A stretch of DNA of 64,000 nt from Diplonema japonicum (Eukaryota; Protista; Euglenozoa: Diplonemea), in assembly GCA_964019335.1 (NCBI GenBank), contig OZ025675.1, positions 372,001-436,000 of the forward strand. Direction: 5' to 3'. Below, piece by piece: positions 56,122 to 64,000 of this stretch. Position 1 is the first letter of the stretch. Each line of letters begins with the position of its first letter. The notes below the pieces were generated by a model. The model was not told the DNA's origin. It did not search any database and was given only the letters and a program-made list of their open reading frames with translations. Position numbers and translations under genes: made by a program.

Positions 56122-57521
56122 TTTTGCGCGTGGTTCTGGCCACTTTATTGTGAGCATGTGGTTCCGGGTGGGCCTACTTTTGCCCCTAAATTTTGAGAAA
56201 ATTTAAAATCTTTTTTTCATACACCCCAACACCCCCGTTGGGAAAGAAGAGATCATCTACGCCGGAACCACATGCGGGCAAGAAAAAAAGCTTTTTTTCG
56301 ATTTCGTCGTTTAAAGGCAAATAAAGTGCCCAAACACCAGAGAAACCACTCAATCCGATGTTTGGCAAAACTGAAAAAAGTGACTTCATCGACCACATAT
56401 GACCCCCCCCCCCCCCCCCCCCCACCGCAATTCTAAGCAGCTGCTCAATTTCTTTTTGTTTTTGTTTTTCCTTTTTCGTGGAATGACTCAGAAACTGCAA
56501 AAGGAGTCGGTTTGATTGTCGTTCGTTGCATTTCTTTTTTTTTTTCTTTTTTTTTTTTTTGCCAATAAACAATTCTTTTCAAAAAGTTTTGTTTTGCTCC
56601 AACGTACTATTGGTTTCGGGCCCAGGAAAAAGAAATAGGTAGCTGGGGGGGGGGGGGGGATATAAGGAGTTTTTACTTCCTCTTTTTTTAAATACAGCAA
56701 AAAGGAATAGAGAAGTATGCAAACTCCCCTCCCTATCAAGCTTAATCCACAAGAATACCGCACCCCCGGGAATACACCAAGGTGTGGCTTGGCGGCCCTT
56801 TTTGGGTTAATTTGATTTTCACCCTACAAAAAAAAGGGGAAAGGAGAGCGGAATAGCTAGTCAAAAAAAAAAAAGAAGATTTTTTTCCCATAATTTGTAG
56901 TTGGGTTACAAACCCTTTCTTAATAAAGTGATTGTTTGTAGCCCAAATTATAGACATATTGCATTTTTTTTTTTTTTTTTTTTTTTATTTGTTAAACAAG
57001 AAATCACGGACGATGTGAATGAAGACGAGAGAGAGAAAGGGAACAAAAAGGAAAGGAAACAAAAAGAAAGCTTTAAAAAAAAAAAAAAAAAAAGAGAGAG
57101 GAAAAGTACGCCATACTCTTCTCCTCTCATGGAACAAAAGGGTTAACAAAGAAGGATATTTTCTGACAGCCACTGGTTCCTACGGCTCACCCCTCAGGGA
57201 ATCGATGTGCTTGAGGTCCCGTGTGTCTAGTGGAAGGGGCACGTGAAAGGCAATTTTTCTAAGCCAAATAAACATCTACCCGACAAAGATTATAGAAAAG
57301 AAGAAAACTTCTTTTTTTTTATTATTATTTTCCTTTTTTTCTTTTTTTTTTTAAAAATCTTTTTTAAAAAAAAATAGTTTTTCTTCTCAATTCTGCCTAA
57401 TGGGGGGGGGGGGGGGGGGAAAGGTGTAAAAAAAAAAATATTTCACATTTTTTTATCTTTTTTTTTTTTTCCTTCACAACAAACAAAAAAGACTATCCTT
57501 CATCTGTACAAATATTATATT

Positions 57522-59387
57522 CTAATACCTCTGCCGCCTTCTTTCTACAGGTACTCTTCTTGCAATCAGATCTGTCAGTGCCACAGCTAAGGGCTCTTGT
57601 GTGTAACCTGCAAGAAGATGAAGAGCCTGGCTTGTCTCCAAATCCTTTCCTTGCAGGTACATTTTCGCTGCCTCGTTGTACTTCACCCAGTGCTTCGCCC
57701 GAGACTCGTCCAGTGCGTACATCCACTCAACCTGAAGGTGCTGCTGACTCTGTCTCTTTCGAATAGGTGGTAGCCTCACAGACCCATTAGTACTCACGGG
57801 AGACACAACATGACCAGCAGGAGAGACATCAACGCTTGGGATTGTAGGGGTAGTCGGTTCTTCCGTCCCTGTCACTGCCTCCCACAGAACTGCCTCCTTC
57901 CCTTCAGTGTGCTTCACAAAGGTGACCGCTTTGAGGACAATGCGCATTTCCTGTGTGACAGAGGCGTCCATGTAGGCAGCGGTGTTGCACACAACCCCAA
58001 TGTTCCACTCCGCACCGAGCCTCTCGTACACAGATGTAATGGCAGCTACGTGCCCGTAGACACTGAACCGCCTCACCTCGTTGTTCCCAAGGTCTCCCAC
58101 CAGAACCTTCCCACCGCACACGGCCACGTTCACTTCCATTCCTTTGTCAAGCTTTCCTTGTTTTAATGTGGTGGCTGTCTTCACCGCTGCCACTGCGTGT
58201 TGGACGCATTTTCTCGATGCGTTGAACGAGGCGTGCACGTGGTCCCCGACGAACAGGTCCAGCATCCCCTTCTGTGCACGAACAGCGTGCAGTGCGAACC
58301 CGATCACCTTCGCGTGGAGGCGCATGAACTCAACAGGTTCCGCCTCCGCCAGCTCGATCGAGTTCTTCATGTTCATCACCAGCATCGTCGCCCTTGTGGA
58401 TGTCAGAACATGCTGTGTGAGGCCCTTCCTAGATGCGGTGGACACGTCGGACTGTATAGAGGGTGTGGGTGCCAGGGACTCAGACTGCGTGTGCGAGGCA
58501 GTGTGGGAGTGCGTGCTCTCCTCATCATCGGAGCTCCCGGAGTCGCTCCCTCCACGCAGACAGGACTGCGGGAGGTAAGGTTTATACGACCGGAGGTTCA
58601 CAAGAATGGTGCGAAGCGCTTCGTGCAGCTTGTCGGGGAGGTCTTCGCGCGACCTTTCGAGTGTCACGCTGGCCTCTTCAAGCTTGAACCCTGCAAGGAA
58701 GGAGGCCACGTCGCGTGCTGCAAGAACACCCAGTTCCAACTTCCGTTTTTCAGCGAGAACCTCTTCAGCAAAACCCCTTGTGAAATAATAATCGAGGAGG
58801 AAGATGGCTATCATGAGGACGAAGCTCAACCCAGCACTGGAGGCCTCACGCTTGCAAGGGATCTGGTCGCAAGTGCAGATTTCATTTCGGCGGTACTCAT
58901 GGTTCCCGCTCCAGTCCTCACCTCCAACATCGAGGAGGCCAAATCGGGTGATGTGCTCGACTGTTGTGAGACAGAGCCACAGGCACAAGCCTACAATGAC
59001 GACAATAGCAGACCTTGACTTGATCCTGCACACAAGGAAGATGTCTACTAGACAAACAGCTATAGGCCACAACCTTGGCAGCATGGCTCCTATAGCGTTG
59101 TAGTCGGCAAAGATGATGGCCACAAGGTCCGCGTACCCCACAAGCTCTATGAAAGTGTCGGAGGGCTTCTTGTTCACAAACAGCCATATTATCGCAAATG
59201 TGTTGGCCACGACCGCGACATAAGAACCGATCTGACCCACAATGAAGTTGGTCGCTATGATCCCTCCTATTCCCAACACTATTGGGGCCAGGAAGAAGCC
59301 AATGAGAACCTTCTTTCGCTTGACCATCACCTCATCGTCGTCGGGGAGGGCGAGCTTGCTGACAAGCCAGTTGTACAGCAATGCCAT
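57522..59387 (-). CDS. 6TM receptor with degenerate cyclase domain, paralogue 7
   Basis: 621-aa ORF with family motifs; N-terminal half and upstream flank shared with paralogue 8. Confidence 0.9.
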   Translation of the reverse strand: MALLYNWLVSKLALPDDDEVMVKRKKVLIGFFLAPIVLGIGGIIATNFIVGQIGSYVAVVANTFAIIWLFVNKKPSDTFIELVGYADLVAIIFADYNAIGAMLPRLWPIAVCLVDIFLVCRIKSRSAIVVIVGLCLWLCLTTVEHITRFGLLDVGGEDWSGNHEYRRNEICTCDQIPCKREASSAGLSFVLMIAIFLLDYYFTRGFAEEVLAEKRKLELGVLAARDVASFLAGFKLEEASVTLERSREDLPDKLHEALRTILVNLRSYKPYLPQSCLRGGSDSGSSDDEESTHSHTASHTQSESLAPTPSIQSDVSTASRKGLTQHVLTSTRATMLVMNMKNSIELAEAEPVEFMRLHAKVIGFALHAVRAQKGMLDLFVGDHVHASFNASRKCVQHAVAAVKTATTLKQGKLDKGMEVNVAVCGGKVLVGDLGNNEVRRFSVYGHVAAITSVYERLGAEWNIGVVCNTAAYMDASVTQEMRIVLKAVTFVKHTEGKEAVLWEAVTGTEEPTTPTIPSVDVSPAGHVVSPVSTNGSVRLPPIRKRQSQQHLQVEWMYALDESRAKHWVKYNEAAKMYLQGKDLETSQALHLLAGYTQEPLAVALTDLIARRVPVERRRQRY

Positions 59388-59942
59388 TTTCTTTCTTTTT
59401 TTTTTTTCTCCTCCTGAATGGAGTGGGAGGGGTGGGAAGAATAAAAAATAAGATTCTAGTAAGCTCTCGAAGTATCTGCAGACACCAGTGGGTTGTATCT
59501 ACGAAGGAGAAGGAGAGGAGGGAAGAAAAAAAAAAAGAAAAAAACACAAATAAATACTGTAAAACAATTAATTCTGGAAGGGAAATTTACCGGAAGGAAA
59601 ATTTACCAAGGTTGTGAAGGTCTGAGGCCTCGGAGACAAGCGTGCAATTCTGCACTGGAAATAAATATTCCGGGCCTGGAAGGCTTGAGTTTAACAGCTT
59701 CGGAAAACCGCTGGGCCACCCAAGACCAGTTGTTCCTCCTACAATTAGGCTGCTTCCTCTTCCTTTTTCTTTTTAACCATTTCTTTAAAGCCCTTTTACA
59801 GAAATTCTTCACGCGAACAACACATGAATACGGGGGGAAGCTAGGGCATAAGTCTCTTGCGTACTAAGCCCTCCCACCCTCATCACCCTCCCACCCTCAT
59901 CACCCGATCTATTTTCTTACCGCGCTGGCCTGTTTTCTGTAT

Positions 59943-61780
59943 TCAGTACACCTGCAGGCGAGTGTCAACAGGTACTTGTTTAGTTATAAGATCAACCAAG
60001 AGAGTGACAAGAGGTTCGTTAGCATAGATGCTCAGCTTTTTAATAGCATCTTGTTTGGTTTTACCGGAGTGGTAGCAAGCTCCTTGCAGGTACAGCTTCG
60101 CTGCCTCGTTGTACTTCACCCAGTGCGTCGCCCGAGACTCGTCCAGTGCGTACATCCACTCCTGGTCCGCATTGTCTTCTACCTTTCCCTGTCCTATTAG
60201 ATCAGAATCGAAGGGGACCGCATCGTCGAAGGATGCAGGGCTTCCTTCACCAGAGGATAGAAGTCCGGGGGTCAGCGTGCCTACCTTGTCTACTACTGCC
60301 TCCCATAACATTGCTTCCTTTTGTATGTCGTGCTTCACAAAGGTGACCGCTTTGAGGATGATGCGCATTTCCTGTGTGACAGAGGCGTCCATGTAGGCAG
60401 CAGTGTTGCACACAACCCCAACACAGATGACAGGACGGATGCGTGCCCGAAGATGCTGAACCGCCTCACCTCCTCGTTCCCAAAATCCCCAACCAGAACC
60501 TTCCCACCGCACACGGCCACGTTCACTTCCATTCCTTTGTCAAGCTTTCCTTGTCTCAGTGTGGTGGCTGTCTTCACCGCCGCCACTGCGTGTTGGACGC
60601 ATTTTCTCGATGCGTTGAACGAGGCGTGCACGTGGTCCCCGACGAACAGGTCCAGCATCCCCTTCTGTGCACGAACAGCGTGCAGTGCGAACCCGATCAC
60701 CTCCGCGTGGAGGCGGCTGAACTCTATCGGTTCCGCCTCCGCTGTTTTGATCGAGTTCTTCATGTTCATCACCAGCATCGTCGCCCTTGTGGCTGTCAGA
60801 ACATGCTGTGTGAGGCCCTTCCTAGATGCGGTGGACACGTCTAGCAGTAGAGAAAGTGTAGATGCAAGGGACTCAGACTGCGTGTGCAAGGCAGTGTGGG
60901 AGTGCGTGCTCTCCTCATCATCGGAGCTCCCGGAGTCGTCGCCTCCCTGCAGACAGGACTGCGGGAGGTAAGGTTTATACGACCGGAGGTTCACAAGAAT
61001 GGTGCGAAGCGCTTCGTGCAGCTTGTCGGGGAGGTCTTCGCGCGACCTTTCGAGTGTCACGCCGGCCTCCACGAGCTCGAACCCTGCAAGGAAGGAGGCC
61101 ACGTCGCGTGCTGCAAGAACACCCAGTTCCAATTTCCGTTTTTCAGCGAGAACCTCTTCAGCAAAACCCCTTGTGAAATAGTAGTCGAGGAGGAAGATGG
61201 CTATCATGAGGACGAGGCTCAACGTAGCACTGGAGGCCTCACGCTTGCAAGGGATCTGGTCGCAAGTGCAGATTCTACTTCGGCGGAGCTCATGGTTCCC
61301 GCTCCAGTCCTCACCTCCAACATCGAGGAGGCCAAATCGGGTGATGTGCTCGACTGTTGTGAGACAGAGCCACAGGCACAAGCCTACAATGACGACAATA
61401 GCAGACCTTGACTTGATCCTGCACACAAGGAAGATGTCTACTAGACAAACAGCTATAGGCCACAACCTTGGCAGCATGGCTCCTATAGCGTTGTAGTCGG
61501 CAAAGATGATGGCCACAAGGTCCGCGTACCCCACAAGCTCTATGAAAGTGTCGGAGGGCTTCTTGTTCACAAACAGCCATATTATCGCAAATGTGTTGGC
61601 CACGACCGCGACATAAGAACCGATCTGACCCACAATGAAGTTGGTTGCCACGACCCCTCCTATTCCCAACACTATCGAGGTCAAGAAGAAGCCAATGAGA
61701 ACCTTCTTTCGCTTGACCATCACTTCATCGTCGTCGGGGAGGGCGAGCTTGCTGACGAGCCAGTTGTATTGCAATACCAT
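59943..61780 (-). pseudogene. Paralogue 8, frameshifted by a 28-nt deletion at ~60420
   Basis: CACAACCCCA|ACACAGATG versus CACAACCCCAATGCCCCACTCCGCACCGAGCCTCTCGTACACAGATG in siblings; the family C-terminus continues in ORF 59943-60512. Confidence 0.85.
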
Positions 61781-62908
61781 TTTATTTTTTTTCTCTTCCT
61801 GAATGGAGTGGGAGGGGAAGAATAAAATAAAACTTTAGAAGCAATCGAAGTATTACCGCTTTCAACTCTTCAGTGGATTATATATATCTGCGAAGGAGTG
61901 GGAGGAAAAAAAAAAAAAAAAAGAGAAAAATTGCAAAAGAAATATATAGAAAAGAAAATATTATATATTGAGTAATCTCTTGTGAGGTGCTCTTTTTTTC
62001 TTTTTTTTTTTTAAAACCATCTATCAACGGACCATTTTTGCCCACCAGAATAAATTTTCAAAAACTTCAAAAAAGAAATATATGAGTTAATTGTGAGACG
62101 CTACCTTGTTCTCAGGGCAGATTTAGTTTAGATTTTTCATATTTTCCGTTCGGGACCCTGGCTCGCAAAAGATTTTTTTTTTCCCCTTCAAATCATCATC
62201 AAATAATATATTATAAAGACGCTTGTGATGGTTAAAAAAAAAAATAATAGAAGAAGTAAGAGGAAGAAAAAAAAAAAGTGGTGTGGCGTACTTTCTTTAC
62301 TTACAAGAGGAGCACCTCGGCCGGAGCATCTGCAATACATTCTTCCACCAGGGAAGTCAAGAGAACAACATTTTGTACTCTATCATACCTTCACGTTACA
62401 ACTGCTTTAAAAAAAGAAAACCAAGTAGCCGGCATTATGAGGCTGTGGAACTACCTACTTACCTCGCCAGTTAAACGTACAGAGAAGTATAAAAAAAAAG
62501 AGGAAAAAAAAAAAAAAAAGAAGAATAGGCTTTAATTGTAGAGTATGGCCGGAAAAAAAAAGGGGGGGGGTATATAAATAAGAGACTTCTTATTCTTTTT
62601 TTATGCTTTTTTCTTTAAAAAAACAAATGAAACACCGTATTTTTTTTCTTCTTTTTTTTTTCTATATTCACGTACCATATAAAAAATAGCTATTTATTTG
62701 AAACAAATTTATTATGGGTGGTTTTTTTTTCCCAAGGAGATAGCTGATGTTGCATGCAGATTCTTACAGGTTTTCATTGGCACTCTGCCGCGCCCTCCCC
62801 AGCATCCTGTAATCTGTCATCTTCCTCTGGCAGCACGGTTACCCCAATGATAATTTAAAATACGGTACGCTATAAACAAAAAAACCACCCAAAGTAAATA
62901 TAGGTTAA

Positions 62909-64000
62909 CCATCTACCAACGAGCGTCTATAAAAAGACGATTTGAAAAAAAATCTTTTACGCAAAGGGCTTTCAATGCAATACGGCCCGGCCCTTTCTTG
63001 CCGGCGGGGTCCTGCGCGGAAAATATGAAAATATAAACTAAATGCTGCCCTAACTTAACAAGAAAATGAAAAAATGAAAAAAAACGCCAGCCCAAATTTA
63101 CCCTTAAAAATCACTTCAAAAAAAAGGCGCCCGGAAAGAGGGCCGGAAGAGGACATTATGAGTGATGGCAGCACTGATGGCTCATCCCTATTATGCAATT
63201 TTGATACAAAGATTCTGATACGAATTCGACCGATTCCGAGTCACAGCAGGGTGATTGGACGGCAAAGCCGGTTTCGTGAAGATCGGAATCCTTGTGGACC
63301 CTGTTTTGACATCAAAGGCTCAACGCCATACCATATATTCTCCAAATGCTCGTCCCAAACGCGAACAATGTGGCAAATGCGGCTAAAAAAGGTGTCTCCC
63401 TGGATCTCGATGCTGCTTCTCTGCGTACCTTCCTAGATGTCCTTCTGTCGATGGACTTGGATATCATGCCAGATTATTCTGATTACTGGTGCACAGGCTC
63501 CACGCCTCTCAACTACACCCCTGGGTACGCCACCGTCATGTCAAGAGACCGCTTTTTGACTATTCTGGGAAATCTGTGTTTCCACAGCGAAACAAACAAG
63601 CGTGCTGACTTCTACCTATCGCAAAGGCCTCCCGGAGATCATGGATGCCCCAAGAAGCGAGGCCGCATGCCCAAGGACGCGCATCCCGTGGGGACACCCA
63701 GTTCCACCAGCACGCGAGCATCCTTTGCACCACAACGTGGCATGACATCATGCCTGTGTGCTTTCTATCGACGTTGGATGTTCCGGTGAAGTCGAATTTG
63801 ACGTGTCGGCCAAAAGAGAATGAAAGCCGGAAAGGACATCCCGCGCATATTTACAACACCACAATGGGCGGAACCGACGCTGGGTGATGCTGTGACAAAA
63901 CGCCATAAACGCACCCTTATGACTTAAAAGTGGCCCCTAAAAGTATTTTTGTACTTGTTAGGTAAATCTCTGGCGAATGCTTGGCGTGTTTGGAAAGAAG
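62909..64000 (+). mobile_element. Decayed, internally deleted piggyBac-like transposon (runs off the window)
   Basis: TTAA|CC start; DYW...VMSRDRFLTILGNLCF, YNTTMGGTD and KWPLKVFLYLL..NAW remnants typical of piggyBac transposases. Confidence 0.75.

Noticed and set aside
59868-59905. 17-bp tandem duplication CCCTCCCACCCTCATCA
   Set aside because: Two copies only; ordinary slippage with no evidence of function.
13053-61496. Recurrent plus-strand ORFs (MLHTTPMPHSAPS..., MLDAFPCRVERG...) in each array unit
   Set aside because: Antisense shadows of the conserved cyclase blocks; their recurrence follows the sense-strand homology.
12997-61780. Diversity-generating retroelement (RT next to variable paralogues)
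   Set aside because: The RT is a LINE-type APE-RT; I saw no template/variable repeat pair with adenine-specific changes, and variation includes indels and all base types.
9208-62535. Many short poly-Lys/Phe/Gly/Pro ORFs and N-terminal extensions of cyclase ORFs (e.g. 34782-35204)
   Set aside because: Translations of homopolymer-rich spacers; paralogue alignment places the starts at the MWxLxNW-type Met.

Overview
Eukaryotic (protist) genomic DNA: GC-rich intronless ORFs separated by spacers full of poly-A/T/G/C homopolymers and transposon debris. The trypanosomatid-type cyclase motifs and one-strand gene orientation suggest Euglenozoa, possibly a diplonemid (inference). There are three layers. 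(1) A minus-strand array of nine 6TM class III nucleotide-cyclase receptor genes. One (7131-9269) is a catalytically complete adenylate cyclase with an extra degenerate cyclase domain. The other eight paralogues carry only a catalytically degenerate domain (one is frameshifted) and show patchwork gene conversion, with variable membrane/loop segments around near-invariant signalling cores. (2) At least four related families of APE+RT non-LTR retrotransposons, including a near full-length copy with an N-terminal OTU-like protease (1-6349). All copies are co-oriented with the genes, have no poly(A) tail, sit in sense-strand T-tracts, and share an unassigned C-terminal domain. (3) Decayed DNA transposons (two piggyBac-like, two pogo-like, one TIR element with a nested LINE), several MITE families and an orphan PAN/Apple-like gene fragment. 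No rRNA, tRNA or CRISPR array was recognised. Boundaries of repeats were read by eye and are approximate.
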